The notes: generated from the sequence alone by a model not told the origin. Positions 41,057 to 53,880 are shown, numbered from the stretch's first letter. The stretch: DNA of 64,000 nt from Octopus bimaculoides (GCF_001194135.2 NC_068992.1:45292097-45356096); one strand, 5' to 3'. A program made the numbers and translations.

Positions 41057-41257
41057 AACGAGCTGGCAGAATTGTTAGCACACCGGGCGGGCAAAATGTT
41101 TAGTGTCATTTCGTCCGTCTTTTCGTTCTAATTCCACCTAGGTCAGCTTTGCCTTTCGTGGCTTCGGGGTCGATAAAATAAGTGACATTAAAGTTCTGTT
41201 GTCTATGTAATCGATTTGCCTCCACCCTCGAAATTGCTGGCCTTGTGCCAAAATTTC
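41057..41257 (+). mobile_element. SINE family 2, near full length
   Basis: gagctggcagaattgttagcacaccggg head, then cttcggggtcgataaaataag..tgtaatcgat..aaattgctggccttgtgccaaaattt. Confidence 0.85.
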
Positions 41258-41789
41258 TCATGGTAAAGTTTCAATGTATATCCGGAAAGATGTCACGTAG
41301 TTATCAAAGAATGAAATGAGCTTGTAATTCCTGCATATTTTCCCAATGCAAGTACGTCATTCTACTTCGAAAGTTTTCCAACCTAATTGGCAGAAATGTT
41401 ATTGCCATTTGGGCAGGCAGCATTAATTAGTGGACAAGATAGCGATCTTTTGTCTTTTATAACGATGACTAGTTGGTTCACTCTAATCCTCTTGTTTGTA
41501 TATATTTTCATATTATAGAGAATCTCATAATTTTCATTTTTCATCAAAGGCGTTGGGACAGAAATAGAATATTTTTCTACGCTTGGAGCCTTAATTTTCT
41601 TGATTTTATTCCAGTGAAGGTATGTAGCAGCCTATGGTGTCTTCTAAGATATTTTTATACCGCTAGTAAGGAGCAACTACCCAAATTTTCACTGATAATC
41701 GCATCAACTCGGCACAGATATAGATAAGACGGGGGATTTAAAGCTGACATTAGAGCTTGGTAATGTTTAAGCCCCTTTTTTCTGTACAG

Positions 41790-41814
41790 TTCACTTTTCG
41801 CATTTAACCACAAA
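41790..41814 (+). CDS. Candidate 25-nt internal exon of an unidentified gene
   Basis: Acceptor ccccttttttctgtacag and consensus donor gtaagt. Open as (x)SLFAFNHK or (x)HFSHLTT. Supported by splice signals only. Confidence 0.3.
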
Positions 41815-42140
41815 GTAAGTAATCAATTCTACCCGTCAAGGATTCTTTAAACCAATAGCTTCCATTGCCGCTGCCTGTAGCGTTAAAATGACAGGTCAGT
41901 TGGTTGACAGTACGTTGGTGTAACGTATGCTACTTTATCTCACTACAGGCGCACGAACCACGCATTTATACCGCAGTGTTGATGTTTCACACCGCAGGAA
42001 ATCACCCAAACGCCATAGTAACTTTATTGACTGACAGTGTGATAGTTACTGCCAGACTCTGATACATTAGTTGCCTTATTTTTTAAACCGCAATATCCTT
42101 ATTTGGACTATCATTTTACTATCATGTTTCAGAGTACATG

Positions 42141-42195
<55 letters not shown>

Positions 42196-42243
42196 TGGTT
42201 TGGTCCTCCATTCTGTTTATCAATTCAAAGTTTTTCTTCTCAG

Positions 42244-42284
42244 TTCAGAATAAAAGATCTAACCAACTGTAACCTTCACATCAG
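42244..42284 (+). CDS. Candidate 41-nt internal exon of an unidentified gene
   Basis: Acceptor gtttttcttctcag and donor CAG|gtatgt. The only open frame gives FRIKDLTNCNLHI(R/S), phase-compatible with the 41790-41814 candidate. Supported by splice signals only. Confidence 0.35.
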
Positions 42285-42770
42285 GTATGTTACTCTTAGA
42301 TATCCTTGTTAACATTGTCTGCAATATTGCATCTTCTTCGAGGGTATTTGTGAACCAATTAGTATAATGAGCAATACACAAGAAACTCAGAAAAACCAAT
42401 GTACCAATGGATATATAAGATATTTCTATAATACAGACATGCTAATGCCGACTAAATTTCTTTAATGTACATGTACGTCTTGAAAACATAGCAAAACCAT
42501 CGCATAATAAAACAAAAAGAAGAAATGTCCCATAGCAATGAGTTAGGAACTTCCTGCTACTGATTTCAAATATCACCACGTATTAACTTTTTCAGGATCA
42601 ATACATCAAAGTACCAGTCATGTACTGGTATATCAAATCTACTTTACACCACTTCTCTCACACGAATGCAATTGTTCATATTGTCACAATGATAAACACC
42701 GTTTATCTTCGTCATCAACGTCATTGTCGTTGTCTAATTTGTTTTCCTCATCATTATAGTCATCATCCTC

Positions 42771-42827
<57 letters not shown>

Positions 42828-42836
42828 CACTATAGC

Positions 42837-43155
42837 TCAACGGAACAACCTGCTCGTGAAATTAACGTGCAAGTGGCTGAGTACTCCACAGATACGTGTA
42901 CACTAAACGTAATTCTCGGGGAGATTCAGCGTGACACAGTGACAAGGCTGGCCCTTTTGAAATACAGGTACAACAGAAACAGGAAGAAAGAGTGAGAGAA
43001 AGTTGTGGTGAAGGAGTACAGCAGGGTTCGCCACCATCCCCTGCCTGAGCCTCGTGGAGCTTTAGGTGTTTTCGCTCAATAAACACTCGTCTGGGAATCG
43101 AAACCGCGATCCTATGACCGCGAGTCCGCTGCCCTAACCACTGGGCCATTGCGCC
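42837..43155 (-). mobile_element. SINE family 3, full length, tRNA-derived head
   Basis: Reverse complement starts ggcgcaatggcccagtggttagggcagcggactcgcggtcataggatcgcggtttcgattccc (A- and B-box-like). The 3' block ctcagccacttgcacgttaatttcacgagcagg is shared with 53555-53880. Confidence 0.9.
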
Positions 43156-43708
43156 CCCACTCCACTGCGCCAATACATCTATTAACGACAGAACCACCAT
43201 GCCCAGCAATCGTCCCAAAATCTTTGTATGAAGTAAACTGCTTCAGTTATCTATTAGTAAATTAATTTGAAAGAAACCACCTGTAGCTGTTAAAGAGGCA
43301 ATGGCGGAGACTTCTACTTTTAGTAGGTATTTTAGAAACTAAACAAACCTGAAACCATTAGATTTACCAGTTGGTCATTTTGTTACTGTTGTTGCTATTG
43401 ACGTTATTGCTGTTGTTGTTAATCGTTGAGTTGTTGTTGTTGTTGTCATTGTTGATGCTACTGCTGTTTCTGTAACACACTAATACAAACAGTATTGCTT
43501 CATGCAGAAATAAAGCACAGAATTTATGGACCATTCCCTGTTATTTCAACTTTCATTTTATTTTTATTTTCTCCACGGTTTATTGCAATTGTTAATAGTG
43601 AAAAGTTAAATAATAAATCTAGCAGAAATGTAGTAAAATAATAAAGACGGTGTTGTTGATGGTAATAATGATAATAAAAATTAAAGTAAAATAATGGTTG
43701 TTATTTCT

Positions 43709-43762
<54 letters not shown>

Positions 43763-43763
43763 C

Positions 43764-43800
<37 letters not shown>

Positions 43801-44164
43801 GGATATATAATATTATTTTATATTAACCTGCGGTAAGAAATCATGCGGAAACAAACGATACTTTAATAAACGATAGAGTTAGGTGTGTGTATATATGAAT
43901 GTATATGTAAATATATACATAGATAAATGTACATAAATTATAGACATACGCCCACACATCGCTTTTCAGCTGCTTTTTGTGTAAGATCAAATTGTGGTGT
44001 GTGTGTGTGTGTGTGTATGTGTATACACACACACGCACTCAGTGAATACATCTGATACATTGATCAATAGTAGCAAATCTCAGTAATGAGTACATTACTG
44101 TGCACACATATTTTTAATTGTAGAGTGTGGAGTAGGGGCATTGTCCACGGTATTAACAGGGCCT

Positions 44165-44790
44165 CAGAGACGGGTGAGATTGATGTCATTAATGTTCTGT
44201 TTCAATTGTAGTAGGTCAACATCAGCAGGATAAATATGAACAGGAAGAAAAGTCCAGAGGGTTGACATTAAGGGGACGAACGACTGGACTAGGGTGGACA
44301 TTGTGTTTAGCGTTGTGCCAAGGGTGTTGGATTCAGCAAAAGTAATGAGAGGTGGAATGACGTGCATGTCTGAAGTACATGAATGAAGGAGTGACAAGAA
44401 GAAGCCAGCTTCGAGGAACAGAGGCCATCATAGTAGTGTCAGAAAAAAAAAACAGAGAAGAGAGAGGTAGAGGAAGAGATAGAGATTGATAGATAGGGAA
44501 GGAGAGAGAGAGAGAGAGAATATGTAATACGCCAGTGTGCAAGAGGTAGGGACGTGTCCGTTAGTGAGTGAGTTTTGGTTAGTAGAGAGGCCCTTCTCTG
44601 GACGCAGTTCTGAGTGTATATCGTTCCAGATGTATTTTGGGCCACACATGATATGGGTAGAATGTCCGCCGCAGTTATTTTGTGGGCCGGAAGAAAAAGG
44701 CTAGTCTTTGGGATACAGTCCAATGGATGCTAAGGATAAGTTGTGTGAGGAGAGATCATCGATAGTGCAAGGGCTCAAGCTGAGCACATC
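44165..44790 (-). mobile_element. CR1/L2/Jockey-group LINE 3' fragment
   Basis: Minus strand reads VQRRASLL..LTDTSLPLAHWRI..SLSL and STLWTFLPVHIYPADVDLLQLKQNIN, resembling the C-terminal VQRRA..PL.HRR and LWN.LP..FP..YNL..FK motifs. Interrupted by an (AG)-rich tract. Confidence 0.65.
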
Positions 44791-44899
44791 ACATGACTGG
44801 AGGCGGTGTGGTACTTGTGTATGAGTATGTGTTTATTTCTAATGTTAAATAATTCAGGTGTGTTAGTGTATATTTTAGCGTTATGATCCCGAATATACA

Positions 44900-45320
44900 T
44901 GCTTATACGGATGATGATGACGATGAGGAGGATAGCGGAAAGAGAGGAGCAAAACGTAGTAGTGCTGTAGTAGCAGCATGAGAAAGAGGCGAAAAAGAAG
45001 TAGAAGAAGGAGAAGGAGAAGAAGAGAAAGAAGAAGAAGAGGGAGAAGAGGAGGGAGAAGAGGAGGGAGAAGAGGAGGGAGAAGAGCAGAAAGAGGTGGA
45101 GGATGAGAAGGAAGAGAAGGAGAAGGAAGGGGAGAAGGAAACAGAAAGTGGTAGAAGATGGAGGAAGTGATTGACAGTGATGATAATGATGATGATGATG
45201 ATGATGATGATGAGGAGGAGGAGGAGGAGGAGGAGGATGGTGACGATGACGACGACGACAACGTTGATAATAATGTGCTGTACCTGCTGTAGTTGATGAT
45301 GATGTTGATGTGGAGCAGAA
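44900..45320. repeat. Purine-rich compound microsatellite (GAA/GAG/GAT)n with agaggagggagaa repeats
   Basis: Visible directly; source of the poly-Ser/His/Pro ORFs. Confidence 0.9.
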
Positions 45321-46861
45321 GGAGAAATGAGAATGGGAAGGTTCGGCCATGAAGATTTTCGTTACCCAGGTAGGTGCTGCCTATGATGCTTATGATGGTG
45401 ATGATTGTAAAGTTGCCAATGAAAACGCTGTTTTATGCTGCTACTGCTGCTGTTGCTGAGATTAATGATGGTAATGAGGATAAAGCAGAGATAGTGATAA
45501 TGATGGAATTAATCCAATGAAATTATACGCACCAATTAATGTTGGGTATATATCTCCATAGTAAACGTGATGAATCCATTTAGAAAGCCGCACCACAACA
45601 ATACAAATGCCGTCACAGAATATATTAAAATGATGCTACATTTATAGAGCAACAGGGCCCTTCTATAAATATTCATGACCGGTTCTTCATCAAATTACAC
45701 AACTTAACTCTCGGCCAATGACGATCTTCACATAGCATTTTATAGTTAGCTACCAAGTTTTTCACAGAAAAATATTAGCTGTAACCCATCTTCTTATAAT
45801 TGTTTTAGTACCCTTCACCACACCTATACACTCGTTTACATCAACCCCGACACCCTGTCCCATTTCAGCACCACGATTTCTCTTCTTCCCCTACTTTCTT
45901 TTTATTCTTTTAGAAATTTATGAAGACTAATCGATATCTGATACCTAGTGTCACATACACATACATACACACAAACACACACATACACACACACGCGCAC
46001 ACACACACACACACACACACGTAAATATATGTATATATTTATATATATAGATGTATATATGTATGTGTGTGCCTGTATGTATGAGTGCGTGCGAGCGTGT
46101 ATGTATGGTATATATATATATATATATATATATGTTTGTATGTATGTATACGTGTATGAATATAAGTGTATCTGGATATGTAAATATATATGTACATGTG
46201 TGTGTGCGTATACATTTATGTATAATATAATATACATAATTACCCCACCACCACATACATATACATCATTACCAAAAAGGAATAAATCATTTAACAAACA
46301 AATACAAAGAAAAATGAAAAGATGAAGGAAGAGCGAAATAAATAAATATAAAAATAAATAAATGAATAAATATTTAAATAAATAAATTGATGAATAAATA
46401 TATAAATATATAAATATATAAATGTATAAACAAATAAATAAAAGAGCTGAATGAAAGAAAAAAAGAAAATGGTCATTGATTTAATGTGGTGAATCGAAAA
46501 TAAAAAAAAAGTAAAATGTGAAATATTATTAAACGGAATCGTTAATAGAAGTGTTAACGTGAAGAGCTTAGAGAGTAGGGATTTAAGGGGGAAAAAAAAA
46601 ACAAAAAAACAAAAACAATGTGATGCGGAAAAACAAAAATTTACATAACGTTTTGTGAAATTATAGCAAGACGGACGTAAACAACTACAACAACAACAAC
46701 AACTGCAACAACAATTACTACAGCAGTGATATAACAATTACAACAATAAAAAATGACTGCAACAATAACAGCAACAACAAAAGCGATGATAAAGTATTCC
46801 GTTTTATTGCATGTCGTATTAGAGAGTGAGGCTGTTTAATATATATATATATATATATATG

Positions 46862-46927
<66 letters not shown>

Positions 46928-46971
46928 CATACACACATACATATATAAATATGTATAAATATAAACATATA

Positions 46972-47827
46972 CGTGGTCTGGTTAATAAGTATCTGGACTG
47001 TTGCCATAGTAACGGAGATAGAGCACAACGTAAACCTGCTTGGTACAGATTGTCCTTGAACTCTGCTGTGCATACACACTAAGTTTAAATGTACTAGCTT
47101 ACTTCCGCTGTTGACAGCAGTGCTTGGAAGGAAGGTGTGTAGCGTGCGATCGTCGCATTGATCATGGCAGAGAATCTGCATCAAAGTTTTGCCAAGAGCT
47201 TGGTGATACCCGCTCAAAAGCCTATGCAAAGGTTTCAAAAAGTTTTCATCGTTCTTGATGCAATCAAGGAGATCTTCTGCAACTGAAACACGAGTATCTT
47301 TTTGGTCAGCTGAAAGCAGTTTTGGCACAAACTTGGCTGACACGCGTCTCATGCCCACATCTTCAGTGATAATGGACTGAACTGAACCGTAACTAATCTG
47401 CACATCCTCTGATAACTCCTGCATACTGATTCGACGACTTCCCCTCACAGCTGCAGTCACATCTGCGATATTTTTCTTACTTCTGCTGGTTGCAGGTCTC
47501 TGAGAACGTTTGTCAATATCAACATTTTTTCGGCCATCTTGGAAACGTCTTAACCACTCGTACACTTGTGTGCGGCTCATACACTCTTCTCCATACACTT
47601 TCTACAACTTTGAATCGGCCTCTGAGCAGGTGTCACCTTGACAACTTTCTCTATCATATTCAATGCGACAATCACACGCTACTCACCTTCCTTCCTAGCA
47701 CTGCTGTAAACAGGGGAAGTGGGCTAGAATGCAGAGTGCAAGGTCGATCTTTGTCAAGCGGCTTCACTCTGCATGCTTTAGCTTCGTTACTATGGCAACA
47801 GGCCTGATGCTCATTGATCAGACCTCG
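46972..47827 (-). mobile_element. Mariner derivative composed of two inverted 5' ends
   Basis: Minus strand encodes the mariner N-terminus VYGEECMSRTQVYEW..RFQDGR..RPATS..MRRVSAKFVPKLLS..DENFLK. Plus strand from ~47168 encodes QRICIK-FCQELGDT. The terminal 45 bp match as an inverted repeat at 37/45. TA on the left, TG on the right. Confidence 0.85.
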
Positions 47828-47832
47828 TGCTC

Positions 47833-47893
<61 letters not shown>

Positions 47894-48127
47894 GCAGTAG
47901 ATGTAATCTTGAAGTAAACAATGAACTAATTGTGTACCTTTATTTATGTATCACACCAGACTGTGTTCCAGAATGACCTTGGCCGTGAATTAAAGAAAGA
48001 GTCAGTTAAGGAATATATAAATGCAGAAAGAGAATGAAAAAGAGAATGAGAGAGGAACGGAAAGAAGAAGAGCGTACGGAGGAGAGACAGAGGGGGAAAT
48101 TAAAGAAGAGAGGGGTGACAGAGAAGT

Positions 48128-48177
<50 letters not shown>

Positions 48178-50353
48178 AGAGAAGTAAAGAAGGCAATTTA
48201 TTTTGATTGACAATTTGATCAAAACTTTATATCTAATTTCCATTTTCCGTTTTCAACTGGAATTTTTTCTTTTGAAATTTAGATGTAAGAAATATTTTAG
48301 AGGAAGAGGAGAATAAGATTAATGGTATTAGTGATATGAAATTCTACCAACTAACAATCCTATTTTGCTTGCCGTTTTGATTCTATAAGAGCCAACCTGT
48401 TGCTGTACCAAGGGCTTATGTAAAGCATTTAGCAGATTATTTCATTGAAATTTGTTGATTTGTTAACAAATACACACGGGAATATTTTCTTTTTTATTGT
48501 TAGTAATAAAGGGAGAAAATGTCAGTCACTTTTCCCTGACATACCGTCATAATTGAATAGGGAAGAGTCTATTCTAAGCTTTAACAAATCTGCACAAACA
48601 CATCCATTTTGTTATAGCTTCTGATGCGACACTATACGACGGTCTGTTAGAATTACGGCAGATAATCCCATATATCATATTTTAGGTGGAAAAACCCGTT
48701 TCGTAGACGTTCAAAAGCATATTTCTAACATATATATGAAAGTACTCATAATCCTGAATTTGAAAGTCGGATAGACATGAATTGTTGCCGTAATAGATTT
48801 ATTGATGGATTGAAGACGGTATTTTTCAGTTCTACAGTCTTCCATGATTAATGTGAAGCCATTGAACGCTTCGAGTTGATCAAAGTCATCGATTCCAATT
48901 TGATTGATATCGTATGCTAGTTTGGTACTAGCTGTCACTTTTAAAATCTCATTAATCAAACCGATAGGAAATAATAGCAATATATTATCTTGGTACGATT
49001 GTATCGATTTAATCCATATCGATTGATTTAGTGCTGCTGTATCGATTTGGAACAAACAAAGAGGAAGTAGTTGCGGTAGATATACCTCAAAGAAAGAAAA
49101 TTGTTATTGAAACATTCTAACAGACTAATGGTAAGTGTGGTAGAATTGAAAACATGTTTTCAACAAAACAAATCTTGTTTACATTCCCATTTTTCAGGTT
49201 TCACTACACTGGAAACGTTTTCCGTTTTGGGGGAGAAAAAAATGGTCGAAGTTACATTCGTTCATTTATTACCGACAAGGATAATCATTCACTGGACAGA
49301 GACTCGGAGCATGAAAGATCAATGAATTTATCTGGTTATCACACACAATAACGGTGTTGTCATTTATATTTAACTAACAGAATTTAAATGGTAGTGGGGG
49401 AGAATACGTTGGGTTTTGAAATATTAATCGGTTTAAATATATAAATATATATATATGTTATATGTTTCATTGTGTATTTCTTGAGAAGTACATTCGAATC
49501 AGCTAATCGGTTGAGATAAATGAAACCTTATAAAAAGTCTGTTAGCCTTTTTGTCGAACTCTAGTCGCTAGGCACATCAGAACAATTCCATTTCAAAGAA
49601 TCTATGTATGTCCAGCCATATAATTTCCGTTTCTTCTTGGATCTGTTTCATTACTTTGTAGCCTTTCTACTTTATTCCAAGCAAAAAGTTTTTATAAGTT
49701 CAGCAGCTCGTTGTTTGCATGTGAGGTCTTTTCTGATTATTCATACTAGCAAATCTACCCATCTACGGTGGACGCATAAAATGAGGGAGAGAAGTCATAA
49801 CAGCAGTATGTATTGAGAAATGTGTAAATGGACTTGATAGATTACTGGATGATGTCTTAGAGAAATCATATTATTATTGGTGATACAGTATTCTATTACA
49901 GCTATATGACGTGTTTGCGACTAAGTGACATGTGATGATGATTCACTCTAGAACTGAAATAGGCTCCCAGCCTCTGTATCATGAATGGTTATGTGGACCA
50001 CTCCTAACGAAAGTCAGAGCTTCCTTCGACCACTACATAAAAATTATCAATTGTATTAAGTCAACTTTTACGAATGTTGCTGTTTAAAGGAAGCAGAGAC
50101 TAGTTTAGCAAGTTACATTCATATAACATCTGCATTTTTTAACACATCGATTGTTATGTAGTTTTGTCATGGTGCGTTCCACTTCTTCACTTGCTTTGAC
50201 TAAGTGTTTCACTTGATGTAATTTCTAGAAACTGGAAATGATATGTCATTCAATCATCATTTAGTGCAGTACAAACCAAAGTATTAACACTACTGGTGAG
50301 TCCCTTCAAGTGTTCCAGTCTTTACTCAGTTGTCGTTATTATAGACTAGATTT

Positions 50354-50574
50354 AAGGTGGCGAGCTGGCAGAATTTTTATCGCACTGGGCAAAATGCTTA
50401 GCAGCTTTTCTTTTGTCTTTACGTTCTGAGTTCTGATTCCACCGAGGTCGACTTTACCTTTTTCTCCTTTCGGCAGCGATAAATGAAGTACCATTCAAGT
50501 ACTGGGGTCGAATTAAATGACTTACCCCTTCCGCCGGACTTGATGGCCTTCTGGTAAAATTTGAAATCATTATT
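50354..50574 (+). mobile_element. SINE family 2, full length
   Basis: ggtggcgagctggcagaa..gggcaaaatgcttagc..ttctgagttctgattccaccgaggtcgacttt..gtactggggtcgaa..tttgaaatcattatt. Confidence 0.9.
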
Positions 50575-51914
50575 ACAAGTTAAATATACTTTTAAAGAAG
50601 ATTGTCTTTCTTTAAAGTTTTGGGGTAGACGTATCCATAAAGGGATTTTCATCCACTGTCGTTTTTATAAATTGAAAAGTAGAAGTAGACGCATCAATTG
50701 CTTACATAAGAACATTCAGAATAAATGAAACAACAATAACTGAAAATCGAACTTGAGTATAAGTCAATGCGCCAAAAGGCCTGTAATTTCGAATAAAAGT
50801 AACATGTGCTCATTAACCTTTTCTTAAAAAGTAGTTATGCTTTTTGTAATAGATTTGATATTGGAATTACGAGATATGTAAGCGCGTACACATACAAAAG
50901 CGATTACTTTATATGATATAGTGCAAACGAAAAAAAAATGTCCTTTAGCTTCATTTGACAGCGAAACTCTTGGAGATTAATTAAATTGTATATCACACAG
51001 CTATCGACAGGGTATGCTTTCTGCCCAGGTTTACTTTTATAGAAAACGCTGTGTAAATGAAGGAATTTTTAGTGGAATATTTTGAAGTAAAACGTTAAAG
51101 AAAAATGTACTGTAGTTTTATTGAAAAATAGTTTGGGATTTAGAAAACAAACAAAAAAAAAAGAATGATGATGATCATAAAAATAAAGGTAACAACATAT
51201 GTGTCGCTGGAGGCAGAGGGGAAAATATTTCACGAATCAATACAGAGAAAGTTTTCGATTACCCGCAGGCTTATTGAATGCGTTAAATAGAAATCAAGAA
51301 AAAAAAAGCCATATATAAAGAAATGGTCATCGTATAAGAGAATTTCAATGTGAAATTGTCTTGCCGTATGTATTTGAAGCGGAGTGGAAGAGAAATACAA
51401 GGAAAAATCTATTTTTGAAATAAGATAATAAAACAAAATTAAAATAAATAGCAAGCAGGCATTTGAAATGAGAGAGAAAGTAGGCAGTTAAAATGAAACG
51501 AATAAAGAAATGAAATACTGTAGGCCAACCGAGAAAAATTTTATAATATTACACAGTTTTATTTGCTGCTGCAGCTGGAGGGTTAGTGATGGCTGGTACT
51601 GTGAGGTTGACTATTTTGCGTTGAAGTCGAGGCTATAGGAAAATGAAAGTAAATATATAACGAGAGTCATTTTTTTTTCTCAATTAGGTGAAAAACAACA
51701 TGATATCAAATTTAGAAATAAAATATTAATAATTACTAATATAATTTTATACATTTTTGTTATTATTGCTTAGGGCAGGCGTAGTAAATTGCAGGTGACG
51801 TTATGTATGTATATATGCGTGTGTCTATGTATAATATATATATATATACACTCACCTGAAATTGAGTATTATTTTTTCAGTTTATATACATAAATGTATA
51901 TTCAAGTATGTTTG

Positions 51915-51955
<41 letters not shown>

Positions 51956-52619
51956 AGAAGAGGTCTTTATATATAATCAATTATACATGTATTCATAGCT
52001 TTCAGGAGATTATGTAATGGAATATTCTGTAACTGCTTTCATAGCTCGCCAAACGCTTCCTATTAAATGGTATTTATTCATATAAAGGTTTCGTGATTCG
52101 AGTATTTAACCGTAATGGCTTCCGTTGTTGAAGTCTCCGGTAGAACTGTTTCTGCTGCACTGCCTTACAGAAATAATTGAAGCAGAAAAGGAAAACCGAG
52201 CAATGAACGAGAAATTTGGGGCCTGATATCTGCGGTGAATCCTAAATTTTCAGAGAAATGAGTTTGTGACGTAAAGTGTTCTGTTGTAAGAGTTTAAAAT
52301 GATTGAAGACAAGAAGCCACGTGATGCAATTTAGATTTGAAGAGTGTATCAAAACATAGAATATTTGCAAATTTTAGAAGCATTTGTGGTATGAATATTT
52401 TTTTTATCGAACGAAAAGCAGATGTGACTTTGGCCGGATTTGAAATTGGATATAAGAGGGCTAGAACATATACTACAATGCATTTACGTCGATACTCCGA
52501 CGATTCTGCAAAGTCACTGCGCTAGTAAAGAAGTATGATTAACCAGTGCGTAAAATTAACCAGTACAAATATTTAAATATTCCTATGTATTGTTAGTGTA
52601 AATATTGCTGCGTGTAGAT

Positions 52620-53460
52620 ACTACTGAGTATAAAACATTTATGTAATACTGTTCTGTACAATTACTGAGTGCAATCACGGAGTGCAGTTAATGTACAATT
52701 TTAGCCATACATTATATCTGTAAATAATTACCATGTACAATTCCTTAGTTATACTTCTGTGTGCAATAATACTATTAGTACAATATGCCGTTAATACTGT
52801 TTGCTATTACTACTTTCCGCTCTTCCTACTGTGTACCATTAACAATATAAACCATTATTATTCGGTTACATTACTACTGTGTATCATTATTTTAGTGTAC
52901 CATTACTGCTGTGTACCTTACTAAAGTGTACCCTTCAACTCTATAACACTCCTTCTATGTACCATTACAACTCTGTATCATTAGTACAGTGTACTATTAT
53001 TTCTGTGTACTGGGATCGAGTCAATCTAATGGGCTTTCTCCTTCCTGAAAAACTGCTCGTCTAATGCCAAGATTTGAAACCATTATTACTGTGTACCATA
53101 ACTACTTACCTATGTTACTACTGTGTATAATTACTATTGTCTACCATCACTGCTTTGTACCGTTATTACTATATGCCATTACTATTGTTTACCATTTGTA
53201 CTGAGTACCATTAAAAGTGTGTTCCATAAGAAATGGGTATCTTTTCTACTGTGTACCAGTGGTAATGTGTAACCTCAGAATTCTATATCTTTTTCAATTG
53301 TGTTTCGTTGTAACTCTGTACAAACTTTTTACCGTTAACACTGCATTATTGCTTCTGTGTCACTGATGTGTACCTTTGATACTGTATGCCATTACTAATC
53401 TCTGTCATTAGTAATCTGTATTACCACAACTGTTTCCTGCTACTACCTTGTATCACAGGT
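52620..53460. repeat. Degenerate ~16 bp minisatellite (consensus ccattactactgtgta)
   Basis: Dozens of variant units such as cattactactgtgtat, ccattactgctgtgta and ccattattactgtgta. Interrupted at ~53008-53088 by a SINE family 2 tail. Confidence 0.8.
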
Positions 53461-53554
53461 ATAGAAAATGTCCGGTAGATTGCTCAAATGATAGAGATAT
53501 TTCCTCGAAATAGATTATATTGTAAGCGAATTATTCATGTTACCTCTGAATGAA

Positions 53555-53880
53555 GGTGCGTGGCTTACTGGTTCGGGTATTCAGCTCATAATCGTAAGGT
53601 CGTGAGTTCAGTTTTCGGTGACGCGTTGTGCCTTTCAGCAAGACACTTTTTTTTCACGTTGTTGGAGTGGTCCACTACACTCAGTTGGCAAAAAACGAAT
53701 AGTACCTGTACTTCAAAGGGCCAACCTTGTCACACTCTATGTTACGCTGGAACTTCCTGGGAACTACGTTAAGGATACACGTGTCTGTGGAGTTCTCAGC
53801 CACTTGCACGTTAATTTCATGAGCAGGCTATTCCCTTCATCGAATCAACTGGAACCCTCGTCGTCGTAATCGACAGAGAG
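53555..53880 (+). mobile_element. SINE family 3 variant with tRNA-like head and CORE-like segment
   Basis: ggtgcgtggcttactggttcggg..cgtgagttcag head, then gttgtgcctttcagcaagacacttt (CORE-like), then the 3' block shared with 42837-42975. Confidence 0.85.

Noticed and set aside
43090-43155. tRNA-like sequence with A and B boxes
   Set aside because: It lacks a complete cloverleaf and runs directly into a SINE body, so it is a SINE head rather than a tRNA gene.
48711-49103. Non-repetitive minus-strand open frame of ~130 codons
   Set aside because: No recognisable domain, no good splice or start context, and it is rich in repeated atcgat words. By rough estimate an open frame of this length is not unexpected by chance in 64 kb over six frames.
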